Below the pieces are notes generated by a model. That model saw only the letters and a list, made by a program, of their open reading frames with translations. It did no database searches and was not told the origin of the DNA. The translations under genes and the position numbers were made by a program. This document shows, piece after piece, positions 39,721 to 52,665 of a stretch of 64,000 nt of DNA. Source of the stretch: Tubiluchus corallicola (lineage: Eukaryota; Animalia; Priapulida); the NCBI GenBank assembly GCA_030141605.1, contig JAQGDQ010000037.1, forward strand, positions 930,001 through 994,000, read 5' to 3'. Position 1 is the stretch's first letter. Each line of letters starts with the position of its first letter.

Positions 39721-42700
39721 TACGGTTTAAAACTCAGTATTAGTTTTCTTTATGCTTTCAGACTTTATTTGCATATTTTACTGTTTTTTCGCTGTGAATC
39801 ATGGATGGGTAATAATATGCAGTCCAGCTATATTTTCAACGTTGTTACAGTGACGATATTGTTCACCCTAAATACATCCACTTAAAGTGCACTTCACATT
39901 GAGTGCTTTAGCAAGAATTCCATTTATTCCGTCAAAAATTAATCAGTCATATACCTCAGCTTCTGAACTAGTGGTGAGTTCAGTTTAACAGAGTGCTTCA
40001 CTTTCATGTAGATTAATAACATACTAAAGGCCAACAAACATTGATGAGTGTTGTATAATGAATTCGAAAAAGTTTAAATATTTGGTGCTTGAATACTACA
40101 GTTCACGAGACGTATAGATGTAGCTCCCAATGCATGTATATGTATATCAAAGCTTTAATCAAGAAAATTATATAAATTGTGTATGACGTGACTAGTTACA
40201 ATCCTCAGGGACTTTACACATCATACGTTACCCTTTTTCCATCGCATAAAATGTTCGTTTCACTAATAATTTCACTATAATCTCACATTCGTAGCAGTCA
40301 TCAGTTACATTAATGTGTAATAAACAACACGGCGCTGTACAAATGGCTTCTTATAGCATGAACATTGTGTTAAATTAGCAAAAAATTGATTTTCTTCTGT
40401 TTGTGATGGGAATTCATAACCTAAATGTTTAAGATGACGCAAACACTGTAGGCTAGATTTATTTTTCTTGTGAAATTTTCTGCAATGCAGGGGAACCGGA
40501 AAAGAAGTAGGTTCTTTTGGCGTCAACTGGAATTGGAACTAGATTCTTTTCTAAAAAAATGAGAGGAAGCAGGAACCTGGACCAAACATATTTCAATGTG
40601 AACCATATGTTCAAAATAAGTGATATAATAATAATAATAATCAGCTCATTTTGTCACGAAGCAACTTGGAACTAGGAACTGAAGCTAATTCCTAAACAGG
40701 GAGCAATTTTTACCTCGTTGCCACTTGTATTGACTTACTACCACACTAGGATGAGGTTCTGAAAGCGTTCGTGTTGAGAAATCAGATGGCAACAATTTGG
40801 GTGAGATACGTGCACACATATATAATCCTCTATTTCAGCTTATCCGAAGAAATCTTTGTCAAACAATGGAAGAGGAAGATTTCTACTATTAAGCAAATGC
40901 GGCGACGTCCCTTGAACTGGTTTCAGGATTAACCAATCGTGACGCTTCCAATGTGGAAGTTGGTTTCCTGCTAATGCAGTGATACTATGCATGAATTAAG
41001 AAAATTAAGAAGTTGCCATGTTGTGCTTTCATACCAGGTTTAATCCACAGGGTATTGCATGAAAATGGCTTACAGCGTACAAATAATTATTCATATAATA
41101 TTTAGTAAGTTATTGTAACAGCCCACACGGACAAAAACGTGAGAAAGTTTTGCTAATGTAACGTACAATATCTTATTAATATTTAAGGCCTACAGTCTAT
41201 CAAATATGGATAAAGAAATAGAATAAACTAAACTGAAATGAACTGAAGTAAACCGAATCGAACTGAACTGAACTGAGCTGAGCTGAACTAAACTAATTTA
41301 AAACAACATGATCAGTTCCAAGGCCTCAAAGATTAACTTGCTTTCAAGCTCTCCCCCATTTCCTACGAGTTTTATCCAAATTCTTCTGTAATTTCTCACA
41401 GTGTGGAGTATAATTAAGTGCAAAATTTATCTATTTACTCACGTTGCTGTATACCGCTGGCGTTAAAATCCCCGCAGGAGAATATTCCTGAAATATACAG
41501 CGTATGAAAGTTTAATAAGTGACTGATCCTCTTCTGGAGTGGCTGTTGCGGTGATGCTTCAGCCATTTTTCCTCCACTTCTAAAGCTGCAAGATCAAACG
41601 CAGCTTTTCCCTTTATTAGCATGATCAATATTTGTTATGAGCGTATAACTTTTAATCAAGGCGGAATAGAAGATGATGATTGAAAGTGGGAGAGATGATA
41701 GTGACAGAAATATCGCGCCATATGCTCGTACATCGTTCTCAATGTCCTTCGTAGCTTGGATCAGCTGTTATAAAAGAAAGGAACGCCGCAACTGCTAACA
41801 TCAGCAATAAACTGCATTTGCTGTATTAACTTTCACTTGCACATTTTATAAAAATATAAGGGTATCAGGAAACGACTGTGCCATTTTTGGCAAATAGTTT
41901 ATTTTTTATGATGACGTTTTACATAAACTTAATCAGATTACAATTTTGCTTTTAACATTATCCAGTCCCTTAGATACTTTCTTCCTGCTTTACATCTCTT
42001 AGTGTAAGCAATCATTCCCAATTCTAATAAATTAGTGAAATTCGAACCCATACTTTACAAACGTTCAGCAATGTCTGTTGTAATTAGAACCAAAAATAGT
42101 AACCAGGATCTTCTTTCTAAATTACAGTGAAAAGATTTATTGTCACAGTTGGTTTTAAACTGCTTCACTGACTTCGTGAAGTCATTTACTCCAATTTTTT
42201 CTTGTAAGCAATATCTCTGGTATAATTTCATTGTTTTATTGCTTAACGCGTCTTTTGACCATTTTGTCTATTTTTATTGTATTTATACCTTGTATTCAGT
42301 TCTTGCTGCTATGATGTGACTTTTTAATAGAACCTATTATTATTTCTAGAGACCGAAAGAAACAGAAAGGATTTAGTAAAAAATGGCAAAACTGCGAGAA
42401 CACATACCTTAATATTCAGTACACTTTGTTTGCTGCTCTTAGAGTCTTAAACGGACAGAGTGCGATGCGTGTTTGTGTCATACAGTTCATCAAAAACTTC
42501 TTTAATTTTCTATTTCTGGCAGTGAAATATGAAAAGAACTAAAAAACAAATTAAGTAAGAAATATTAGAATGATTAAATAATAAAAAATGCGCTTATCGC
42601 GACTTATGATAACTTTTAAGTATAGGGGTTATTGTTTCTTGACACCCTGTTTATCTGGAAGTTATATCTGTAATAAAGTTATCTAATCAGAACTTGGTGT

Positions 42701-44971
42701 GAACGCCGCTTTGGGATTATTTCTCCGAAAATTTAACGCCGACTATTTTTCAAGCCGGTATCTTGTAACGAACATTTTCCTAATCTTTCTAAGCCATAGT
42801 TTAATTAATGACTTTATTCACGATTAAGAATGTTGCTAGATTGTGTGGTGCAACACGTAGGCCTAAAATGACAAAATATTAGTTTCGTTACTCACAATGT
42901 TATGAATGTATATATTATGATAACAGTTTGCAATTTTCTCGACAATCACGCGTTAAGATTTAATGATTTTTGATTGTTCTGTGTAATCAAAATGGATCAA
43001 TAATATAATTTTATTATTAATTCATTAGCACTTATTATAATGAGTTGTCTTATAATGAACGAGCCTTTCTATATGGATGTTTTGTAAAATTGTTCTCTCC
43101 AATTTTAATAACTTCAAAGAATTTGAAAAGCTTTTGCTCTTGCTTTCGATGCTCAAATTAAACAACGTATTTGCATACATTTTTACTTACTTACTTACGA
43201 CCAATTACTCAACTTTGAGCAGCCTCTTCACAGTACTCAACTATAGATTTTACAAATAAATTTTTGAGCATTTTGACCGAGCATGTTTTACTAGGTTTTT
43301 GGACAGTTTGCTCAGTCTATGTTATTCAAATTAAGTAGTTTTATTTTAAGTTTTAGTTTTAAGTACTGAAACCGACCTTAAGAATAGTAACGTTTAGAAT
43401 GCACAAATGAGTAACATTGGTTTTAATTTTAAAATCGCCAAACAAGAGTACTATATTAAGCGCTCATAACGTTCTGAACGTTCTGTATTTTTGTCTGATA
43501 AACATATTGGCATGCAATCTGGTGCCATAAATCTAAGAGACTCTGCTTACTCAGTTGTAATTATTAACTCGCAATGGATAAGCATCAAATGAGTTTGAAA
43601 ACACTCGATAAAAGCAATGGAAAACGCTATAGAAAACGCTTGTTCATTTAAGCGTTAATAATTTTAATAATGAAAGTAGAAAATGTGTAGGAAGCTGACA
43701 TTTTCTCGAGCTTTTGTAGATTAGGCGCCATGACGTGATTCAGAGTAATTATGCAGTCGTATGCCAGTATTAACCCCTCACTTGTTAACATTTTTCGGTG
43801 GTTATGGTAGCCGGCAATACGTGTCATGTAATAATAATTGCGCTGTTATATTTTGGCATGAATGTGAGGAAAGTATGTGCTTGCTGAGACTTGAACCCAG
43901 GGCCTGGTAGTGGCAAATATGCCTCTTGAAACGCCTGAAACGTTAACTGTTTGTGAGCATTCATTATTCTTCTATTTTTTGGCATCTGTCCGTCGGATTG
44001 CAAAATCATTAACTTTAGAATTTTGCTTTTAACTTTCCAAGTTTCCATGTTCATAATACAATTGCGTGCCTGCCGTGCACGCGTGTAAATTAATGATATT
44101 AGTAAACCAACTAAATGTAATCAGGCATTGGTGTCAATAAAATCAGAAGCTACCTAATTATTGAACTCTTCTACCACACATTTCATAGATATAATGCCTA
44201 GGCGTATTGTCTAAATATTCAATTATGATGTTGAGTAGTCATTGGTTATACGATTTTCAGGGTATTCTAAGTGACTGTTGGAAGTTTTCTTAGTGGAGAA
44301 GTCTGTAGAAGTTGCTTGTATCAAGAATGCTCTCAGGGCACCTTAATCGTTTATTTTTTTCAGCGCCGAATTGCCCCGTCTAGCTCGTAAAGCTACAAGA
44401 GGAGACAATGTTAGCATTGAAGCGCGGCACTTTGTGCTGAACAGATGAAGCCCTTTAACCGCGTGGCTTCACAGCTGTTCCTGATATGAAGGAAAGGTAG
44501 TTTTCAACATATGAACACTGCTGAGAATGCTCACATTGATATTAGAGAGGCAGGATGTAGCAGGGCGGCTTGTATTTATGACCGGATGCTTGGTAGAAGC
44601 ATCTCTAGCGTTTCACTGTACGTTGTAGGATTTTATAAACATCTTTGATGGAGTACTTTATTAATTACCTGATATTCATATCGGGTTGCGCGGTTTTTAA
44701 TTAATAGAGGCTGGGAGCTCCCAAGACAGTTTCCTAAAAGCAATTTTTCATTTGTCAAAAAACCTGTCTTGCTCAGTTATTGATGAAGTATAAAAAAGAC
44801 AAAATTACAGTGGCAAAATATGCAGCGAAAAGATGGAAATGTCAGAATCCGTGTAGAGGGAATATCATGCCAAATTCTAGCAATGTGTACATAACTGACG
44901 AAAGAAAAAGAGAAAGGGAAGGGAGGGACAAGAAGAGGAAGAAAGAGAGTACGAGGAAAGGGAGAAAAAGG

Positions 44972-45019
44972 AGAGAGAGAGAGAGAGAGAGAGAACGAGA
45001 GAAAGCGGGAGAATAAATA

Positions 45020-45092
<73 letters not shown>
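44972..45092. repeat. (GA)n and (TA)n microsatellites
   Basis: Directly visible. Confidence 0.95.
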
Positions 45093-45095
<3 letters not shown>

Positions 45096-45428
45096 TGTAT
45101 GTATATATCAAATATGATGATTGGAAAACTATATCTATTTTTACATGCTTACGCATTATTTTCACAGTATATTAGATTTTTGTTACTTTTACAATATATT
45201 TGGTTGGATCAAATCAGTTGTTATTTTCTTTAATAACTGTTTGACTCTATCGTTGCGACAATGGTATTTATTTCTTATTTGTTAAGGCCAAAATGCTAAC
45301 TCCGTTTTTGTGTTAAAGCCCATCAAATCACAGTCGAAAAAGAAACGTTTGGCTGGGTGCCTCACAGATGTATGATTCATTTTCTGTCAACCCCACTCTA
45401 TTATAAAAAGCTTTAGAGTCTCGCCTTA

Positions 45429-45534
<106 letters not shown>

Positions 45535-47829
45535 AAAGAGCAAAATAGAGGGGGGAAATTTCTTAGAAAGAGCACCGCTACTTAAACCTCATAAAATCAG
45601 CAATAATGAATTATAGTTGTGCAGATAACTACACAACTCATCGATCGAAATAACATTTTTTAAAACTGCGCATCGTAAACATCTCGACAGTGGGCAGAAA
45701 AAACTCTACGTGATTTATCTTCGAAAAAAGTTGACGACTTTTTTCGGTTTGCTAATTTATGCCTTCCATGAAATCATTAGAGGATGAACTCTTTCTAATG
45801 CAATTGAAGTTTTCTTGGAAAATTGTCATCAACTGAGCTGGGAATCCCAGCAAATATTTGCGCAAAGGTCTTACCTACCTACAGATTCTCGCTGTTCCTT
45901 AGTTGCCTTATCAATAGTTTTATTAATACTTATGCATTATTTTATTAATAATTATGAACTTATGCTTATGTAAATTATAAGTGCAAGTGTGACGAATGTG
46001 ACGAACTTATACACATACAAACGCCTTAGGAAACTCTATAATACTTCAGGGTATTCTTGATTGTGTTTGTGAAGGTGTGACATCATTGTTTGCAAGGTAC
46101 GTACGTCTTATTTGGTAATAAGTATTATGAAAAAGGAAAAGTATGTTTCGTGGAATTTAACAAAATGAAAAAGGAATTAAAAAGGAACATTTATTAAAAT
46201 GAACAGTTAGTCACGATATCTACATTTGTCAGCTTGTGTAGATATAATCAATTGTTATTGTAAACATTTTGTAAATAGTGTATAGAATTCGTTGTGGTGA
46301 GCTTAAATCATGTTTTGAAACTGTCTGATCCAATCCTATAATAAATTATGTTTAAACTAAGGGTCATTTAGTGGTTGACACCTGCGAAAAAGTATTTGTC
46401 AAATTTTACTTTAGGTGCTTCGCATTTTCCAGACATTTGCAAAGTTATATAGTTTTACTGACGCGTAATGGTTTTTCTAGATTGATTGTAAAAAATTTAA
46501 TCAATTCCGTTGAAAGCTAAATGCACTTTGCGCATATCACGATGTACTCTTTCAATGATATTAAATTCGATTTACAATCTTAGTAATGGAATTGCTGAAA
46601 CTGATCTCTACGTTCTTGCGGGTTCATCGTTTATTACAGTCCGAATTAATTCTGTAAAATCGTGCTTACACATGACAGTAATATTTGCCCTTACTTCATA
46701 AAACCATAAAATCACATACTTCCCGAAAAGTGGCATGCAAGACTGTTGATAATGAACTCTTGCAGTAACATTATAGGCTTATATTTGACGGAATCTTATC
46801 TAAATAATATAAGAAAAGCCGTAGTAGCATTGTAGCTATAGGTTCTACAACTTCAAGCTATTTTTGATGGAGGTAATTTAAGGGCATGATATCAATGTTT
46901 GCATTTATTTGGTAGTAAATAACAAAAAAGGAAAATAGGTATACTATTCAGTATTCAACAAGACCAGGGTTTCAAACCAAAAACCAAAATAAACAAAAAA
47001 CAAAAAAGAGTTAAAAAGTCACACTTACTAGAAGAAATAGTTTACAGTGGTTCGACGTTTGAGGCTTTGAAGTTTTTACAAAGTGGATATGGTCTAACAA
47101 GTTGGAACAGATTAAAATCATAAAATAGGTTCTAAAAATACATTTTGTTTTTATAAACTGACAAAAATTTGCACAAAAATCGTGATAAAGGGCTCCACAT
47201 CGCTATTGGTTATTTGAAATTCCTTAATGTTTATAATTTTATAAAGAAACAAGGACGCGAATTAAAGCCTTTAAGGATCAATTTTGTTTATTAACATTAA
47301 CATTTAAATAATTAATGTTTGCTTCATCTTTTTCGAACTTAACGTTTTCATTAACTGTGGTCTTAAGCAGAGGTTGGCGTCAGTAAGCTCTCAGTATCCA
47401 TCAGTTATCAAATCCACATTGAGCTAGATTTCACAAACGCATTTAGGAATTACTTCGTGTCTAGAATGGAATGGTAGTTAAGCAGTTAAGCAGCTCAGAA
47501 TCAAACGACTTTATATACGCAGAATAATGGATAGTATACTCAAAATACGCTGGGATAAATGTTATGCAATCACAAGCCTACTGAAAAAATAATTGTCGAC
47601 AATGACATTCAAATATCGGTTTTATTGTATGTACGCTTATTTTTCCATTAATAATATGAAGTTACACAGAGACCATCACACAAATGTTATGTGAAACAAC
47701 AGACAAAACAAAAGACAGCAAATGAAAGTTTTCAGAGCTCATATGTTCGAATTTAATGATACAATCCTTCACGACGGTAAAATTATTTCATTTTTTGCAA
47801 CATTCATCGCAAGTTTATCGCATATTTAA

Positions 47830-48113
47830 GGTAGGAAACTCATCTGCGTAAAGTTTATTAAAATGCTCGGCAATAGCAGCAGGATCTTTATTACTTATGC
47901 CCCCATTTCGTACTATTTTAGCACAATATAACACAGTAAAAATATTCTTTTTCACTGTCATGCGTCCTTGCTGACTATTCACTCCTCATGCTACTAAGCT
48001 AATTTAAAAGCTTGGAGGAGCAAGATTCCTGTAGCGAATGGCGGCATAAGTAACAGGAATCCTGCTGCTATTGCCGAGCATTTTAATAAGCTTTACGTAG
48101 ATGAGTTTCCGAC
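47830..48113. mobile_element. MITE with ~55-bp terminal inverted repeats
   Basis: ggaaactcatctgcgtaaagtttattaaaatgctcggcaatagcagcaggat versus its near-exact reverse complement at ~48059-48110. Confidence 0.75.
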
Positions 48114-48392
48114 CTCTCACCATATCAGTTTACAAGAATGAAGATTGGATGCTGCGTATTGCTTGCAAAAATTGCCACCAAGGGCCTGCAAGATGCACCA
48201 GTAAATTAACCATTCTGTCCAACATTAATGCATACTTGTTCAAACATATTTATTTTACTACCTTCGAACATATAGTAAAGCTGATACAAAAGTCAAATAA
48301 TGCGTACTAATTACACATTTTTCAATTTTGCATTTTATTTACGCCAATTACCTCCATAAAACGCACTGACAAAATTAAGTTTATTGGCTTTT

Positions 48393-48830
48393 GCTGTTTA
48401 ATTAAGATAAAAGACAATGATATGTTTTCTTTCCTATAGTCCAGTCTGTTAGTCGAAAAAAGGGGACTGGATACAGCCGCCAAATTTTCAGGAATGATTC
48501 TTTAGGCCATTCTAACAGCGTTTTGGACATTTTAATAAAATTTTGCATTTTGGCACGCTGTCCCGGGGCACTAAAAGGAAAAGAAATGGTCCTGCACTTT
48601 GGCGGCTTATAACTCCAAAACGTTCACAGATAGACACTTGGCTACTATTAGCAAAGACGAATAGGAAGCTACAGGAAGTTTTATAAACATGTCCAAAATG
48701 CTGTTAAAATGGTCCAAAGAGTCATGCCTGAAATTTTGACAGCTGTATCCAGTCAGTCCCCTTTTTTCGGCTAACAGACCAGCCCATAGGAAAGAAAACA
48801 CATCATTGTCTTTTATCCTAATTAAATAGC
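48393..48830. repeat. Long imperfect inverted repeat (foldback), arms ~150 bp
   Basis: 48393-48540 is an imperfect reverse complement of 48680-48830, with a spacer of ~140 bp. Confidence 0.8.
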
Positions 48831-49499
48831 TAAATCCGTCAAATGTTTTTCGTGCATTTTTGGAAATGGCAAAAGCAAAATTTGCCCTTAACCGGACTAC
48901 TAGGTTTATAATTTACTATGTTTGGTAAATATTCACAGAGGCACATTGTATCAATTTAATTTTTGTATTTTCAACTCTGTTTGTTTGAAGATTTGAATTA
49001 TTTAGTGGCAATTAGTGCAGATTGTATTAAATTATATTAGTTTATGATAGATTTTTATGATCTGAAAGCTCGACACAAATGGTTTCAGTTCAATTTACAT
49101 CCAATATGTTTCTATTTTTCATGTCAGTAAATGAATAAAAGAGAAAACAAAGCCGAAAACGTAGAAATCATATACTGGAAAGGCGAGATTACAGTAACAG
49201 CTACTACAGTCAAGAAGCGTTTTCTGTATTTACTCTTCCTTCTTTTTCTTTTCCTTTTCTTCTTCGTTCAGTTGGTAAATATTTTCATTTTACCACCTTT
49301 CATGAAAGGAGAAAAAGAAAACAAATAAAAACTTGAATCAATAACCAACAAATGTGCTAGCACTATAATAAACAAAGAAATAAGGCAAACATGCGCGAAA
49401 GCATTAATATCCTAAATAATCTTTTATTAACAATTGCAGTTTACATTGACTCGTGGGAAGTTTAAGGAGCTTGTGAACCTAACTACATAAAGCCATAGC

Positions 49500-50200
49500 A
49501 AGGATATCCCCAATAGTGCGAAAATCCGTTTCATATAAACAGGAAATGGGCAGAAGTCAGAATTATGATTACTGCATGGCAACCTATCTCACAGGCGTCA
49601 GTGAAAGCACATATACAAGCATAATAAGCTGACTTATCTATTCTAACACTAAACAAAAAAGGTTTGCTTCTTCTAGAATCACAGGATTAACTGATTTGTT
49701 TGTTATAAGGATATTATAGGACCTCGCAAAAGTTTGGCTCGATCTAAAGGATGCTATAGGGCCTCCGGATTGATCTGTCTGTTCAAGGAGCTACAGGAAA
49801 TAATCTATATCGTCTTCTAGGATCACAGGAGGATTTGTTGTCTCTTCGATCACATGGATGACTTGGCAAGCTCAGAAAAACAGGAAGCAGCATAGGATGA
49901 ATTTGCCTGTACCAGAAGCACAGAGCTGGCGTTACTATTGTCGTCGTCGTCGTCGCAACCGTTACCACCACCACCATTATCATCAACGTCATTGTCACCG
50001 TTACTGTGTCACCGCCATTGCCTCCGTCACCTTCATCACCATCACCATAATTGCCAATAAAGGAAGAATTTACTGTTCTAGGGTGACAGGGTTGATTAGT
50101 CACGGTTATAGAAAAGGGGCTGTTTGCCACAGAGCTACAGGAGAGGTTTGTTATTCTAATTATGATCCTGTCATTGTAGACTCAGGAGACGTGTTTTTAT
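49500..50200 (+). mobile_element. Decayed DIRS/Ngaro-like retrotransposon RT remnant
   Basis: Ordered motifs ISPIVRK (49504), VRIMI..P..SVKAHI, WLDLKDA (49735) and LFDHMDDL (49851), with stops, frameshifts and an internal trinucleotide tract. Confidence 0.45.
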
Positions 50201-50841
50201 GAAGCCGCGGTTTTGCTATTATCTAGAGTTCTTGCACTAACAAGTTTAATTTCTGACATCTATGTTAGGCTGACACGAAGCTCAAATAATGAGAGACAGT
50301 CAATTTCCTCCTCCTTTATGCACTTGACGTTTCATTGTTATTCCTGTAGACCTTCCTCTACGCAGCCTGATAAGCTTTCATTAGCAAATGCTTTACATTC
50401 TGACAGGACAATATCCCTAAAAATCCAATCAACAGGGAAAACACACGTTTATCTGTAAGTTACTCTATAAGGACGTATGGGATTGATGGCAGTAATAAAC
50501 TGAAATTAACTTGCTGATAGGGGATAATGCTGTGCTCTTGTTTTCGTATTCGTGACCATTGATCGTCTATTGTGTGTTATATATATATATATATATATAT
50601 ATAACCATGTTGCAGGCAAATGTTGAGAAAATAGAGGAGAGATATAACAATTTAAACAGAAAATTAAGATGAAAAGTAGCCAGAATCTTTTCATGCGTTC
50701 CTCACGATGATCATGACAGCGGAACAGGTGCTTAGGTGGTAAAAACGCGCCTGTCCGTCTGCCTATTAAACAAACGAGGCCATTCTATACCAGCTACTTA
50801 TAGTTGCTATGCAATGACTTCGTAATGGATCGAACCATTAC

Positions 50842-50900
50842 TGTGTGTGTGTGTGTGTGTGTGTGCGTGCGTGCGTGCGTGTGTGTGTGCGCGCGCGTGT
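50842..50900. repeat. (TG)n/(TGCG)n alternating purine-pyrimidine tract
   Basis: Directly visible. Confidence 0.9.
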
Positions 50901-52494
50901 GAGGGGGGTTAAAAAATTTCGGTTGCACAACAGCTAAAAAGTTTTTCTCATGAAAGAGTATAACGTTTACGCTTACGAAATTAAAATGAAAAGAAGTGAC
51001 TGAAAATCAAGTTCCTGTTGCACAAAGCCTAAAAAGTATTTACCATGAAATTAAGAGCAGAACTCCTGGTAAAAGATTTTGCTGCAAAAGGCTCGGACAG
51101 CTGGCTCTATCCCGACCGGATTCAGGCTTCAGCAAACACGGTCAATTTAGGTCGTAACTTATGACCCGTTCCACGATGACACGAGTTTGCAGGTACTGCT
51201 ACTATCGAATGCTGGACATACGGCTGGTTGAGTTGGTTACGGCGTCCTCACTCTCTCTGTCATCAGTGCCTAGTGAACCAGTTCTAGGTAAGACTATGTC
51301 TACGCAACGACATAGCTACTATATCCAAACGAAATGTGGTACCTTCACTGGCGGGATTCTATTCTTAAGTTACAAGTAAACTGTATTTCTGCACAACTTA
51401 TAGAGCCACAGAAGAGCGGGTGCTATAACCATTGACCCCCCTCAGAAAAATAAGATCAGTAATGTTCATGTGTTAATACATTTAAATCTGTATAAAATCC
51501 TCTTCTTTCAAATACTGCAGTAGACATGAATAGTCTATTTTTACCAAGTATCGACCAGCTCGAGTATTCAGTATTGATAGGGCTTTAAAACTACAACTAT
51601 CTGCATCATTCACAGTGTTAAAAAGTTTAACAGAACGATTCGCAATCAATTTTTCAAACGGTACTGTTTCAGCTATATACAGAGTCATACTGGAATGGTT
51701 TTCTCTAGGTAAAGATAGAGGACGTCTTAAAACTTGCGCCTGGTGTAAACGGTGTTTATGCCGCCCTGCATTGTAGAATGACGTAACTAGACTGCATAGG
51801 CATGACTGAGTTGTAACAGTTGATTGCATCCAATTTAAATGTCGGGAGCGTATAAATTAAGAAATCCATTGTACAGCAAGCGCTCAAGTTCAAATACAGT
51901 AATTAACTGAGCATAATTACGTAGCTATGCCAAGTTGATTAATTAACTGACTGTCATTAATTAATGTCAGTTTTTATCAACGTTGGCTAACGTTAAGCGT
52001 TTTATTATTCAATAAACATGAGTTATCATTTTATAAGAAAAGGCTATTTTTGAGGTCACAGCGAAAGAATTAGTTCTTAAACTGAACAACAGCATTGAAG
52101 TGCTGTTAGGCGGCAAGACGCACGTCGTTTGCAGAATTTGGCTAGCAACACAATAGGACTCGAGTTCGAATCCTATAACCGTTTTCATTTCTTTCTTTAG
52201 ATTTGACTTTTGCGATGCTTGTATTACTAGTATCTGTGATCAGTTATGCTAATATCTAAACAGTCGCAATTTGGTTTGTCTTTTTTACACTCTAGATTCA
52301 TACATTCAAGAATACAAAAATTGCACACAGAAATTACAAATATTTACAGTTGTAATGATTCAGTTGCCTAGACATTACCGAACGCGAGAAAAAGTTCTCT
52401 CAATTTCTTCTAATAGAAAAAGTAAGAAAGTCATCACATTCACTGGCGAACACTATTGCTAACACTAAATACACAGGATTGGTGCCGCTCCCAC

Positions 52495-52665
52495 TTAACA
52501 AGCCTTGTTTTGTGTAATAAAAAGCTAAATGACGAGCAACAAGTATGGGCACGTCTGTGGTTAAAAGTTTAGAAAACCATTTGAAGTAATTGACACGATA
52601 AAATGCCTTTGACTCATCAATGAAGATAATGTACACAATGCTTTGCCTGGAAGTGTAATAATTTG
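52495..52665 (-). mobile_element. Degenerate LINE RT fragment
   Basis: YIIFIDESKAFYRVNY..FSKLL..DVP..VARHLAFYYTKQ matches the FLDxSKAFDRV motif. Confidence 0.75.

Larger units (their letters stand above)
32488..42516 (-). pseudogene. Decayed ankyrin-repeat TRP cation channel gene, copy 1 (TRPN/TRPC-like), antisense inside the RGS intron
   Basis: Collinear fragments with splice sites. Ankyrin-like pieces: NIDHANK/KGKAAFDLAA ~41600; LLHINV..EIIVKLLVK ~40300; KYSWTAYYY..TVKY ~39800; EIKLLLCKG and PINARCD ~38950; LNVNATT..VAAELAK..CLKLL ~38400. Linker DDILFITRLAGYLIVLLS..GAKQC (36400-36590); SILEWITSYEDIAYRQLLSTPACYSVIQQQRW (35642-35748); S4 and S4-S5 linker LYVSASLIP*FKCMQVFNKIVAVLTPKI (~34540-34650); S5-like GITYVGLIYVCMV (~33700); pore AL*SL/LFGY; S6 and TRP-box CLNLDKIMF..ELLYTARKLLGY (32655-32822). 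Many stops and frameshifts; boundaries approximate. Confidence 0.72.

Noticed and set aside
32488-42516. Functional TRP gene using an alternative genetic code
   Set aside because: All three stop codons, frameshifts and an exonic LINE insertion are present, and the neighbouring intact genes read normally in the standard code.
52135-52180. tRNA gene
   Set aside because: Only a B-box (gttcgaatcc) is recognisable; no complete cloverleaf, so likely a SINE remnant.
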